DNA of 64,000 bases, from the IMG/VR virus record IMGVR_UViG_3300021599_002733; one strand, given 5' to 3'. This document shows positions 8,805-18,066 of this stretch, one piece after another. This DNA is from a virus. Position 1 is the stretch's first letter; each line of letters starts with the position of its first letter. The position numbers and the translations under genes are program-made. A model generated the notes under the pieces. The model worked only from the letters and a program-made list of their open reading frames with translations, was not told the origin of the DNA and ran no database searches.

Positions 8805-10098
8805 TTACCTCTACTTTTTTAAGTTTTGGGAGCTCTATACGATTAAGTTGAGGTAATTTTAACTCTACACGTTTTGGAAAATCAGGTAACTTTTGTGTTA
8901 AAATAGTATCTAATTTTTCTTTCATTGTATCAAATGAGAATTTTGTTCTGCTGTGAAATCCTTGCCGTTTAGCATTATCTGTATAGTTTTTATAGTTTTC
9001 AAACATATCTTTTAGATAGTGTCCAACATGACCATGATCCACTGAGAACCATTGTGCCTCTTTTAACAGCATACCATTTGCTGCCGCAGGATGAATATTT
9101 GTTAGTTGACCGGGAAGAAGGGTAGTAAATTCAGGGTTAAGGTAATCTATATGTCCACTCCAATTTGTTGTGATGATTGGTTTGTTGGTTAAAGAAAATT
9201 CAAGTAATGGACGTCCGAACCCTTCTCCCTTAGTCAAGCTAACCATAGCTTTTACTTTTGAATGATTATACAACTCATTCATTTCTGAATCTGTAAATTC
9301 ACCATGAAGTAAATATATGTTAGGTAGGTTTTTAGAGTTTACGGTTGAGGCAATTGCTTTAATTCGTTTTACAAGCTCATTTCTATCCATATAAGAGGCT
9401 CCAACTTGTGTTGTTTTCAAAATCAACGCTGGTTTCTTTGTTTTGTTTTTAAATGTCTCGTAAAATGCTTTGATTAGCAACGTAATATTTTTTCTGTCTT
9501 CTCCAATTGGAGTATTTCCAATCCAATGTCCTACAAACAGATAAGCGAAGTCCTCTTTCATATCCTGTAGTTTAAAGTTAGATTTTACAGGTTTGTATAC
9601 CTCTGTATTTGCTCCCTCAAACAATATCTCACCATCTCGAGTCCATTCAATATTTCCCATTGATTGGTTTGTTTGTTGGTCACGTTTTTCAAACTTTGAA
9701 TTACGTAAAATATCAATTGTATGATTTGAAGAACCCAAAATCAGATCCATTCGTTGACATCCTTCAACCCACTCAGCAGGGGCAATCGTTGATTCTATAC
9801 CTGCTGTAATTCCAATGTTGTATTTTCCGATTGGTTGAAATTCATTTGGTACAGTAATTTGACACCAAATTTCTGGTTGGGAAGATAATTGTGGGTTAGG
9901 TAAAATGTGGTTCTCCAAGAATTTCCATTCTGGGTTTGTTTCAATGAACCCAAATGGGGTATTTCCCCATCGTTGAGGCAATACTTTTACCTCGTATTTA
10001 TCTAGCTCAATTATAGCTTTAACTACATCTCGCGAACGTGCTCCGTAACCACTAAAAGTATCTATTGGACACGAAATTACAAATGTTGGTTTACTCAT
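8797..10098 (-). CDS. glycosyltransferase family 4 (GT-B)
   Basis: SGYG, DRKN, GEGFGRPLLE, PIITTNWSG. Confidence 0.9.
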   Translation of the reverse strand: MSKPTFVISCPIDTFSGYGARSRDVVKAIIELDKYEVKVLPQRWGNTPFGFIETNPEWKFLENHILPNPQLSSQPEIWCQITVPNEFQPIGKYNIGITAGIESTIAPAEWVEGCQRMDLILGSSNHTIDILRNSKFEKRDQQTNQSMGNIEWTRDGEILFEGANTEVYKPVKSNFKLQDMKEDFAYLFVGHWIGNTPIGEDRKNITLLIKAFYETFKNKTKKPALILKTTQVGASYMDRNELVKRIKAIASTVNSKNLPNIYLLHGEFTDSEMNELYNHSKVKAMVSLTKGEGFGRPLLEFSLTNKPIITTNWSGHIDYLNPEFTTLLPGQLTNIHPAAANGMLLKEAQWFSVDHGHVGHYLKDMFENYKNYTDNAKRQGFHSRTKFSFDTMKEKLDTILTQKLPDFPKRVELKLPQLNRIELPKLKKVEVNG

Positions 10099-10349
10099 AT
10101 AACTTGTTTTAATTTTATTTCAGGTATAAATTCGGTTGGTGATTGAACATATTCATATTGCTCGAGTTCTTCCTCATGCAAACATATAAGTTCTGTAGTG
10201 TTTTTATTATCTTTTGTAAATGCAAACAATATGATTTCCCCAGGTTTAATTTCTCTTCCCGAAGTATACGCTTTAAGGGTTACTTTCTCAAGTGCCTCTT
10301 GTGTAACTATTTTATTTTCTGTAAATTGGTGTAAAAAATGCTCTCTCAT
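10095..10349 (-). CDS. hypothetical protein
   Basis: 84 aa ORF coupled between two GT genes. Confidence 0.55.
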   Translation of the reverse strand: MREHFLHQFTENKIVTQEALEKVTLKAYTSGREIKPGEIILFAFTKDNKNTTELICLHEEELEQYEYVQSPTEFIPEIKLKQVI

Positions 10350-10352
10350 ATT

Positions 10353-11786
10353 CTAGTACAATAACTCGTGACACAATTCATCTTCTTCAACTTCATTAAC
10401 GTTGATGAATTCATATTTTTCTCGTGGAGTCCACGTGTTAAATAATTGATCTATCGCGTTAATTGCTCTTTCTCCCATTCTTCCTCCAGTAAAACCTCCT
10501 TCATTTAAGGCAAATTCTCTACCTTTTAAACCAAGTACAGAACGTTCTTCTTTACTCATGTTGTACAATTGTTTGATACAATCTGCTGCATCCTCTGGGT
10601 TGCATCTGTCATCCCAAATGTAAGGTGTGGTTGGTGAGCCTTGAATTGAGCGATTTGAAGGGTAAACTGGTAAAGCCCACGCACCGTGTTTTTTATAGTG
10701 ACCTGTATGGTTTGAAGGTATTTGTGGAGATGGTACAAACCAATTTCCATTTTCATCTCTAAAGCCCATTTGGTCTTGCATTCCACCTGTAACGTTTGCT
10801 ATGATTGGAGTTCCTGCAAGTATTGCCTCTGTTAGAGATAGGCCCCATCCTTCGTTAGAAGTTAACAAAATTTGAGCATCCGCTATATTGTATAACATGT
10901 TTAGTTGAGACGAATCAAGTTTATTTGTTGAAAAATATATTGCGTTTGGATAGTCTTTAAAGAATAGTTTACGTACTGCCTCCAAATCCGTTCCATGCTC
11001 CGAAATAACTTCTGTGTGAAGTACAAAAGCACATTTATCTGCTTTTTCTTTCGGTAGTTTATCCAAAAAGTAACGAAACGCAAGCATAGTGTCCGGAATT
11101 TGTTTTCTACGAATGTTTCTTGAATTAAAGAACAATACAAAATCTTTTTGTTCTCCCTTAAACAATTGCTTTTTAAAGTCAACTAGCGTTGGATCTGCCT
11201 CGTTAAGCGGTTTAAAAATGTTCTCGTTTAGCCCGTGCGGAACATACTCAATCACTTTGTTTTTCGCTTTTTCCCCCAACACTAACTCGTTTATGAGTTT
11301 TGTTTGCTTTGAAATCGCTAACAACGCATCACACGACTCGTAAAATCCTTTGTTGTACAATGGTGTTGGTAAATCATCCCAGATGTTCAAATAAATGATA
11401 GGGCATGTTTTTCTAATCTCGTTTTCAATGGCAAACAACCAATCAAAATACCTAGGATCCGTAATCAACATGATTGCATCTGGTTTTTCTACTTGCATCA
11501 TTTGACGAATCAAATCTGCATCTCCATATCCATTAACAGGATATAGTGTAACGGAAGAATCTGTTAAGCCCGAGTTTGTGTTTGTGTCTTGGGACAGGTC
11601 AAAGCGTTTTCCTTGATCGGGATGTTGAATTGCTCCCCCTAAATTTACCCAATTGAAATGTTGAGCTGTGTTTATAACTAGCTCACGTGCAACTGTTGCT
11701 ACTCCCGAATGTACACGAATATCGTCACATATTAGGAGGATTTTTTTACGTTCGTTTTTTGGTAGATAACCGAATTTTTCTTTCAT
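10353..11786 (-). CDS. glycosyltransferase family 4 (GT-B)
   Basis: HSGVA, RNIRRKQ, NEGWGLSLTEA, PIIANVTGG. Confidence 0.9.
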   Translation of the reverse strand: MKEKFGYLPKNERKKILLICDDIRVHSGVATVARELVINTAQHFNWVNLGGAIQHPDQGKRFDLSQDTNTNSGLTDSSVTLYPVNGYGDADLIRQMMQVEKPDAIMLITDPRYFDWLFAIENEIRKTCPIIYLNIWDDLPTPLYNKGFYESCDALLAISKQTKLINELVLGEKAKNKVIEYVPHGLNENIFKPLNEADPTLVDFKKQLFKGEQKDFVLFFNSRNIRRKQIPDTMLAFRYFLDKLPKEKADKCAFVLHTEVISEHGTDLEAVRKLFFKDYPNAIYFSTNKLDSSQLNMLYNIADAQILLTSNEGWGLSLTEAILAGTPIIANVTGGMQDQMGFRDENGNWFVPSPQIPSNHTGHYKKHGAWALPVYPSNRSIQGSPTTPYIWDDRCNPEDAADCIKQLYNMSKEERSVLGLKGREFALNEGGFTGGRMGERAINAIDQLFNTWTPREKYEFINVNEVEEDELCHELLY

Positions 11787-11830
11787 AACTAAAAAATGAT
11801 TTTTTTAGGGTTTATTTATAACTTATTTTT

Positions 11831-11861
11831 GTAATATAACTATTTAATCTTCATTTTCCAA
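11831..11861 (-). promoter_or_regulatory. promoter TTG-N20-TATATTAC
   Basis: Exact 20-nt spacer, upstream of GT cluster. Confidence 0.6.
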
Positions 11862-12041
11862 GGATAGATCACTATGGTTGTGAACTTTTTTTCTAAAATC
11901 CTCATCCGTTAAATACAAATGGATTGCTCGCTCGCTTAATTTTTGGAAACTGAATTTGCGTTTAATGCACTCTACTCTAAAATTTTCAAACAAGTCTTTA
12001 TCAATTTTGACGCTTGTTAATGTTTGGTTTTTTTCACTCAT
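11844..12041 (-). CDS. putative ribbon-helix-helix DNA-binding protein
   Basis: LTSVKIDKDLFENFR...SFQKLSERAIHLYL RHH pattern; start placed at MSEKN. Confidence 0.55.
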   Translation of the reverse strand: MSEKNQTLTSVKIDKDLFENFRVECIKRKFSFQKLSERAIHLYLTDEDFRKKVHNHSDLSLENED

Positions 12042-12081
12042 ATACGTTTGGTTTATATTATCGTATATAAATATATTAGTA

Positions 12082-13026
12082 TTAGTGGTAAGTCGCTGAG
12101 CAAAGATGAGTTTTGTGAAAAACACACCACTTGCAATTATCGTTTAGTTGTGGTTTGTGCTCTACTTTTTTGTATCCGTTTGTATCAAACACTTCGTTTA
12201 TAAACTTGTTTATTGATTCTGTTGCTTTTTTTATTTTGATTTTACCTGTTGCCGGTTTGAAAATTTGTATTCGTTTGATAACATAGTCTTCACTTTCGTA
12301 TAACTTTCGTTTTACAATAAAGAATTCTACATCAATGTTTTCTTCGGGGAAATTGTATAGTTCGGAAAAATATTTTTTGTATAAAATAAGTTGAAACTGC
12401 TTGTTTTCGTCTTTTTTCTGCTTATCGTTCCATCCACTAGTGGATGTCTTCAAATCTATTATTTTGATTCTATTGGTTGGCTCATGATACATTACCACAT
12501 CTAGATAACCTTGATAAACTATGTTGGGGTAGTTTGAGTTTGGAGATAGTACAATTGGAACTTCACACCCCACTAAATGCCATCCACGTTTGGAGAAATG
12601 TTTGCCTTTGTTTTTTGCAAAGTCACGGATGATAGCTTCCCCATCCTCATAGAATTCTCTAAGTTCCTCTGGGGAGGAAAAATGTTGTTTGTTGTTTGAT
12701 TTGTATTGTTTGGTATATTCTTCACGTAATATGTCTTCGAACATTTCGGATGTGTTGATTTTGTCTGCTTCAACCATGCTTTGCTCGTACATTACTGTTA
12801 GGTAATGTTGGATTACTTCATGTAATGCGGTTCCAAAAACAGTATGAATAGTGGAGGTGAATTGTTTATGTCCTTCAATGTATTGTAGAGAATATTTTTT
12901 GGGACATTCATTGTACATTGAGAGTTGAGAGTATGAAATTGATTTTTCACTTGCCCAATCTATGTCTCGTTTAATTGCATTACGGATGTCTTTTACAATT
13001 TGAGGGATAACTTTCTTTTTAGCCAT
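12082..13026 (-). CDS. PD-(D/E)XK nuclease, Cas4/AddB-like with Fe-S cysteines
   Basis: SYSQL...CP, GTALHE, GYLD...IIDLKT, QL..Y, CKWC.....C. Confidence 0.85.
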   Translation of the reverse strand: MAKKKVIPQIVKDIRNAIKRDIDWASEKSISYSQLSMYNECPKKYSLQYIEGHKQFTSTIHTVFGTALHEVIQHYLTVMYEQSMVEADKINTSEMFEDILREEYTKQYKSNNKQHFSSPEELREFYEDGEAIIRDFAKNKGKHFSKRGWHLVGCEVPIVLSPNSNYPNIVYQGYLDVVMYHEPTNRIKIIDLKTSTSGWNDKQKKDENKQFQLILYKKYFSELYNFPEENIDVEFFIVKRKLYESEDYVIKRIQIFKPATGKIKIKKATESINKFINEVFDTNGYKKVEHKPQLNDNCKWCVFHKTHLCSATYH

Positions 13027-13030
13027 AACT

Positions 13031-13061
13031 TCAAGATACAAAAACTTTATTGCTTATCCAA
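13031..13061 (-). promoter_or_regulatory. promoter TTG-N20-TATCTTGA
   Basis: Exact spacing, directly before ATG at 13026. Confidence 0.6.
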
Positions 13062-13062
13062 G

Positions 13063-13128
13063 GAAAAAGAAACCCCCATGATAGCGAACGTTGGGGGTTT
13101 CGCCGTTACTGTTTGGTAACGGTCCTAA
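13063..13128 (-). terminator. double-hairpin GC-rich element ending in intrinsic terminator (possible structured ncRNA)
   Basis: CCGTTAC/GTAACGG stem then GAAACCCCCA/TGGGGGTTTC stem followed by TTTTT. Confidence 0.6.
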
Positions 13129-13132
13129 AATA

Positions 13133-13366
13133 TTATTTGATGATGCCAGCTAAACGCTGCATTTTTTTAATTTCCTCTATTTCTGTTCCATCACCCACTA
13201 CAGCTTCATAGTCCATCATTCCCAATGTTCCTCCAAAGCGAGATAAATCGATTGCGTTTTCTGCTACGCGGTGTAGGTCCATATCATCGTTTGCATCCTC
13301 TCTAGCGTATTCTAGGAGACGGATGAATAGAGGAACGTCTAGTTTTATAGTGTCTTTTGGGTTCAT
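13133..13366 (-). CDS. small protein with C-terminal MQRLAGIIK tag
   Basis: DVPLFIRLLEYARED...; ends EIKKMQRLAGIIK. Confidence 0.7.
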   Translation of the reverse strand: MNPKDTIKLDVPLFIRLLEYAREDANDDMDLHRVAENAIDLSRFGGTLGMMDYEAVVGDGTEIEEIKKMQRLAGIIK

Positions 13367-14088
13367 AGGTCTTCTCCTGTTTCTTCTCTATATTTAGCTT
13401 TAGTAGCTTCAAGAGCTGTTTTAAGATTGGAAAGTGCTTCTTCATAGTTTTTCAAATTACTTTCTGAAAAATTTGATGTGTCTTCGCTTTCAAGATCAGA
13501 GATAAGTCGAGCAAGAACCCCAGCATGGTTTTTAGTCATATAGCCTGGTCCTCCTTCTAGTGGGTTTGCTTCTTCTAGTTCTTCTTCTACTTCATTTAAT
13601 GAAGTACCTTTGGTAAAATGCTCAAATGCAAGTTCGTAATCTGTTTTTTCACGATCGAAAATATTTCCAACCATTCCCATACCAACGAAGTTTTCGTTTA
13701 GAGAGGAAAATTTTCTTCTTTTTAAAGAATTTAACCACATTTTTACCCCAACAATAGGTTGATCTTCAGTATGAGTATCAAACCACCCTAATTTTTCATA
13801 TTCATCAGGATTTTTTGATTTTTTAGAAGTTTTCATTGTTACCTTATCTAAATCTGTGGAGGGAGATATAGTTATAGTAACAGTTGAAATATTTTCACCT
13901 GTTTGGGATGAGTTATTATCATATTGGAATGAAAAACTATCTCCCATATCTTTAAAAGTATCAAATGATGAGGCTAAAGTTTTTAAATCCTCAAAAGATG
14001 TTCCTTTATCTTCTTCTAATTTTGCTTTATATTCACTTTCTGTGATTACTCCTGAAAGCATTTGCATGCGTAGTGTTTCTTTATTCAT
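13363..14088 (-). CDS. tagged cargo protein (MQMLSGVITESEYKAKLEE leader)
   Basis: Leader homologous to 15451 and 23260 genes; late motif at 14103-14111; internal SLNE repeats. Confidence 0.7.
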   Translation of the reverse strand: MNKETLRMQMLSGVITESEYKAKLEEDKGTSFEDLKTLASSFDTFKDMGDSFSFQYDNNSSQTGENISTVTITISPSTDLDKVTMKTSKKSKNPDEYEKLGWFDTHTEDQPIVGVKMWLNSLKRRKFSSLNENFVGMGMVGNIFDREKTDYELAFEHFTKGTSLNEVEEELEEANPLEGGPGYMTKNHAGVLARLISDLESEDTSNFSESNLKNYEEALSNLKTALEATKAKYREETGEDL

Positions 14089-14110
14089 TTTAAGTATTTT
14101 ATTATAAATA

Positions 14111-14329
14111 TTATATATTTTTTGCTTCACGCAACACTTTTAGAGCTTTTTGCATGTACAAAATATCATCAAGTTTTTCCTGGATGGAGTGTTCTAACCA
14201 TTCCTCTAAAGATAAATCGCCGCGATCCAAATCTGTTCCGTATTTTTGTTTTCCTATAGTGGCTCTATCAACGAATTTGTCTATAATGGAATCTACAATT
14301 GAATCTGTAACCTTAATTTCTCTTGTCAT
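14111..14329 (-). CDS. small alpha-helical NTP-pyrophosphatase-like phage protein
   Basis: G..KYGTDLDR.DL...EWLEH..QE.LD.ILY. Confidence 0.5.
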   Translation of the reverse strand: MTREIKVTDSIVDSIIDKFVDRATIGKQKYGTDLDRGDLSLEEWLEHSIQEKLDDILYMQKALKVLREAKNI

Positions 14330-14760
14330 TACTTTAATAGTTTATCTGCTTCTTTATCGGTTATTCCCATTTTGTATAGGACTCCTCTCACACCATGTTC
14401 ACGTAAAAGGTCCATATATTCTTCTGCTTCACCCAAACTACATTCAAAATGTTTAGCTACATAATCTATTGCTTGAAGGTTTTTCTTGCGCTTGCTTACC
14501 TTTAAATACTTGAAGAACGTTTTTTGTTTTGGGATCATCTCTCTATAAATTAAATATATTTGCTGTTTGTTATCGTATGGTATAGTTTGGATATAGTTTA
14601 CAAGTTCAATGTAGCGTATATCCATCGATACGTATCTGTTGATCATGTAAGAGTTCCAACTATCCCACGATTCTTGCGAAATATTTTCAATTGGTGATTT
14701 ATAGAGGGTGATTTCATTTAACCACCCCCATAAATCTTTTATTTCTTTCTGTTTACTCAC
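14329..14760 (-). CDS. clamp loader small subunit (T4 gp62-like)
   Basis: YMINRYVSM...IPKQKTFFKYLK...VAKHFECS..EAEEY; near large subunit. Confidence 0.7.
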   Translation of the reverse strand: MSKQKEIKDLWGWLNEITLYKSPIENISQESWDSWNSYMINRYVSMDIRYIELVNYIQTIPYDNKQQIYLIYREMIPKQKTFFKYLKVSKRKKNLQAIDYVAKHFECSLGEAEEYMDLLREHGVRGVLYKMGITDKEADKLLK

Positions 14761-14993
14761 AGTGAAATATCTTTGTATTCCTCTCTAATTTCAGGTGGAA
14801 GAGAATCTGTTAGAATTTTCTTTGACTCTAGATCGTAAAATACAGGGATTGGAATAAGAGCATCCTCGTCTGCTCCAATTAGAAACTTAGAGATTTTACG
14901 AATGATAACTGCTTGTCCAAATAATTTTTCTCCGTTGAATCCTTCAACAGAGGTTGTTTGTTTGAAATCAATGTTTGGTGCTTGTGCTTGCAT
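14757..14993 (-). CDS. hypothetical protein
   Basis: 78 aa, RKISKFL.G...D..IPIPVF. Confidence 0.6.
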   Translation of the reverse strand: MQAQAPNIDFKQTTSVEGFNGEKLFGQAVIIRKISKFLIGADEDALIPIPVFYDLESKKILTDSLPPEIREEYKDISL

Positions 14994-15015
14994 TTTTAAA
15001 AGTTTTACATATCAA

Positions 15016-15056
15016 TAAAGATAAGAAAAAGCCTGCTGGTAGGCAAGCTTTTCTAT
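15016..15056 (-). terminator. fused terminator hairpin + promoter (AAAAGCTTGC-CTACCA-GCAGGCTTTT / TTG-N20-TATCTTTA)
   Basis: Near-identical copy at 22874-22914; related at 60845-60884. Confidence 0.7.
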
Positions 15057-15451
15057 GAAGGTTTATATGTTCTATCATCAATAACGTTCCTTCCATAGTT
15101 AATAGCTTCTTCTTTACTCTTATGATTAACAGATGTAAATAAATGGTCACCCTCAGTAAAATAAGCGGCTACTGACCAAGTACCAAATGGGTCTTGTCTT
15201 ACTATTATTATAACACCGTCTTTATATTCTTTGTAAATTTCCCCAACACCATCTGTTACCACTATATCGTCCATCCCTATATCTTTAAATCTACCATGGT
15301 ATAGATCAGCTGCATCTTCTTTTTTCTTGGCTGCTTCACGAGCAACTCTTTCATCAAAATCTGGGTCAAAGGCCTCATTTAATTTAGCAGCATATTCACT
15401 TTCAGTGATAATACCAGCTAGTTTTTGCATGTAAAGAAATTCTTTGTTCAT
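15053..15451 (-). CDS. tagged cargo protein (MNKEFLYMQKLAGIITESEYAAKLNE leader)
   Basis: Leader nearly identical to 23260 gene; late motif 15472-15480. Confidence 0.75.
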   Translation of the reverse strand: MNKEFLYMQKLAGIITESEYAAKLNEAFDPDFDERVAREAAKKKEDAADLYHGRFKDIGMDDIVVTDGVGEIYKEYKDGVIIIVRQDPFGTWSVAAYFTEGDHLFTSVNHKSKEEAINYGRNVIDDRTYKPS

Positions 15452-15484
15452 ATCGTTTTATTTTGTTTTATTATAAATATTATG
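15375..15484. repeat. ~110 bp dispersed repeat (late promoter + leader), copy 1
   Basis: Aligns by eye with 23184-23293 at high identity. Confidence 0.8.
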
Positions 15485-15486
15485 GT

Positions 15487-15693
15487 TTATTTTTTAGTTA
15501 CTTTTTCTTTTTTATATTCTATAAAATCATGTATAAAACCTGCTGCCACTATTAAGTTCATTCCAATAGAGGCTAATATTTCATATATATCTTCATACAC
15601 ATTTGTGCTTAAGTGGATATGTCCTACCATCCAGAAAGGTACGGCTAAGTTTCCAGATACCCACGAAAGAGTATATTTTAGGAAATATTTCAC
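15487..15693 (-). CDS. small membrane protein
   Basis: Two hydrophobic segments; GTG start overlapping clamp loader stop. Confidence 0.6.
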   Translation of the reverse strand: MKYFLKYTLSWVSGNLAVPFWMVGHIHLSTNVYEDIYEILASIGMNLIVAAGFIHDFIEYKKEKVTKK

Positions 15694-16616
15694 AGTACTT
15701 GAGGTTTTTTAGCCTCTATGATTTTAGCTATACAAGAAGCTATATTAATTTCTTTATCGATTCTGAAGTTTGCTTGGTATAGGTGCTCGTTCAATATAAT
15801 TGCTATCATACCTTCCTTTCCGGGTGCATATTTGGAGCTATATTCAAACAAAGAGCGGTATAGTTCTTCAAAGTCTTTTACTCCACTATCTGCTATAGTT
15901 TGTCTAATGGCTTTCCAATCTGGTTTTGATTGGGCTAGCTCTTTCAAAACGGATTTAATGTAGTTGTTTGCTACTAGAACTGTTTTATCCAATTGAATAC
16001 AATCATCTTTTACAGACATTTGTAAAACGTTTAACATTTTACGCATGTCAGGATAATATTGTACAATTAGTGTTTTAAGATCTTCTGGCTCATATGAAAT
16101 GTTCAATTGATCAGCTAGTATCCAAGTTAAATGGTTGTAAACGTCTTGTTTAGTTGGTGGTACAATTTTAAGTACCTGACATCTGGATTGTAGTGGGTCA
16201 ATTATTCGCTCTACAAAGTTACAGGTTAAGATAAAGCGTGTTGAGCGAGAGAATGTCTCTATTACGTTTCGAAGAGCGGCTTGTCCTTGAATGGTGATAA
16301 AATCTGCCTCGTCTAGAATTACTACTTTGATGCTTTTCCAAGATGCAGCGCTTGCAAACCCCTTTACTTTCTCTCTAATAGTGTCAATTCCGTTTTCATC
16401 GGATGCGTTTAACATGAGATAATCGCAATCTAGGTTTTTAACTATAATTTTGGCTAGAGTTGTTTTTCCCGTTCCTGCCGGAGCATAGAAAAGCATATTT
16501 GGTATATCGTTTTGATCAAGAAAACGCTGGATTGTATCTTTAACATGTTGGCTACCAACAAAATGTTCTAGGGTTGTGGGGCGAAATTTTTCATTAAATA
16601 AGGTGTTTTCCTTCAT
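15690..16616 (-). CDS. clamp loader large subunit (RFC / T4 gp44-like AAA+)
   Basis: EKFRP, PAGTGKTT Walker A, LNASDE.GID, ILDEAD, LQSRC (SRC), DMRK. Confidence 0.95.
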   Translation of the reverse strand: MKENTLFNEKFRPTTLEHFVGSQHVKDTIQRFLDQNDIPNMLFYAPAGTGKTTLAKIIVKNLDCDYLMLNASDENGIDTIREKVKGFASAASWKSIKVVILDEADFITIQGQAALRNVIETFSRSTRFILTCNFVERIIDPLQSRCQVLKIVPPTKQDVYNHLTWILADQLNISYEPEDLKTLIVQYYPDMRKMLNVLQMSVKDDCIQLDKTVLVANNYIKSVLKELAQSKPDWKAIRQTIADSGVKDFEELYRSLFEYSSKYAPGKEGMIAIILNEHLYQANFRIDKEINIASCIAKIIEAKKPQVL

Positions 16617-17353
16617 AGTTGCAACTTGTTTTTTATAACCTTTTCGTTTAATTCATCTTCCCATAATCTAATAAGAAGTTGATTATTTTCCAAACAGATT
16701 TTGTTTTTCTTTAAATCGTTTTTTCTGCTTTTAATTTGAGAAAGGTTTAATTCATGTTCCTCTAAATTTTTTCCATGCCAATAATTTCCATCTATTTCTA
16801 CTAAAACATCCATATCTGTAAGATAAAAATCAAAGTGATGGTGTTTGAATTTGTAATTTTGGATATAAGGTATTCCCCATTCTTCCAAGTATTGTTTAAA
16901 TATTCTTTCAGGTTTTGTATTCGTCTTAATTTCAGATAACGTATAATATAATGAATTGGCACAACTTCTACATAAATGTTTATTTGTGGTTTTTTGAATA
17001 CTATTTAATTGGGTATCACTTAAATTTTTCCGTTTGTGTTTTTTAATATTTCCACAGTTTGAGCAGGTTGAGGTAAATATTCTATCTTGTTTTTCCCCGT
17101 ATTTGCTAATATGCCATTTTTTTACAGCACAACTATTACATTCTCTATTATTTTTAACTGCTATCCTATATGGGTCTCTTTGTAGGAGAGAAATTTTATT
17201 ACATGTTGGGCAAGTATATTCAAATGTTTGTTTATTTGAAGATAACATACATGGTTTACATGTATTTCCTTTTCCGAATTTTCCTTTTTTGTTGTTGTAA
17301 TATTGATCTAAATGTTTTGATTGTTTACAAACATTACATGTTTTGGTTTCCAT
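16613..17353 (-). mobile_element. free-standing homing endonuclease, Zn-ribbon repeats + DUF559/Vsr-like nuclease
   Basis: Multiple CxxC, then TKPE...FDFY...VEIDGNYWH...ND..K...LIRLWE; own late motif 17367-17375. Confidence 0.8.
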
Positions 17354-17365
17354 AGTATAGTTTTA

Positions 17366-17449
17366 TTATACATATTGAAGGTAATCCCTTTTTCGCCAAA
17401 GGCATTGACCATTTTGAAAACGCTCTACATATAACGTATTTTCTTTCAT
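17366..17449 (-). pseudogene. relic 5' end of clamp loader gene (MKENTLYVERF...)
   Basis: First 11 codons match clamp loader start MKENTLFNEKF; sits right after the operon promoter. Confidence 0.75.
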
Positions 17450-17453
17450 AACC

Positions 17454-17491
17454 GTAATATACAAAAAAAGCTTGCAATTTGCAAGCCTTTT
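17454..17491 (-). terminator. fused terminator hairpin + promoter (GCTTGC-AAATT-GCAAGC-TTTTTTT; TTG-N20-TATATTAC)
   Basis: Perfect stem, U-tract, exact spacer. Confidence 0.7.
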
Positions 17492-17502
17492 AAGTTAAAA
17501 TT

Positions 17503-18060
17503 TTATTCTCCTTGTTTAAACCACCCAATATACCTTAACCTATTTTCAGGCCAATATCTATCCAATGTTGCTTTATCTACTGGGGTGTCAAGCCATTTGT
17601 CTCTTAGTTGATAGTCAGTGTATCCACTTTTTGGGTCGCTATGGGAAACATGTACATTCCCATCCCTATCAGTGTTATAATAAGTGTTAGCTAGTTCATA
17701 GTATGTTGGGTCTGGTCTTCCACTTCCATTATCTGTTGTTAATGGGAGAAGATTTTTACTGTAGCGTTCTCTTGCTGTTCTATCTTCTGCATCTGATTCT
17801 TCTCGGTATGTTCTTACCCAATATTCACTACGAAGTTTGTTGAAGATTTTTGTAACTTTACTTTTTTCTTGTGGGGTCAAAGGACGACCCATTTTATCTT
17901 CAATAAAGCTTTTAACTTCGTATTCTCCATGGTATTTGTTTTCTTCAGTAAAAGGATTATCTTTTACATATTGAGCTACTTCAGCGGAAATATCAATTTC
18001 TTCTTTTAAGATTTTTTGAATTTCCTCTTTAATGATTTGTTTTAGTTGTTCCTTTTTCAT
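17503..18060 (-). CDS. putative virion internal protein (LKQIIKEEIQKILKEE leader)
   Basis: Leader shared with 39097-39474. Confidence 0.55.
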   Translation of the reverse strand: MKKEQLKQIIKEEIQKILKEEIDISAEVAQYVKDNPFTEENKYHGEYEVKSFIEDKMGRPLTPQEKSKVTKIFNKLRSEYWVRTYREESDAEDRTARERYSKNLLPLTTDNGSGRPDPTYYELANTYYNTDRDGNVHVSHSDPKSGYTDYQLRDKWLDTPVDKATLDRYWPENRLRYIGWFKQGE

Positions 18061-18066
18061 TTCATT

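Noticed and set aside
12082-13026. Cas4-like nuclease as sign of a CRISPR system
   Set aside because: No repeat-spacer array or other cas genes in the window; solo Cas4-like nucleases are common in phages.
13063-13128. preQ1 riboswitch, tRNA or known ribozyme
   Set aside because: Lacks the preQ1-I A-rich tail/loop consensus, cloverleaf, and hammerhead/twister core motifs; it is also far from the que genes.
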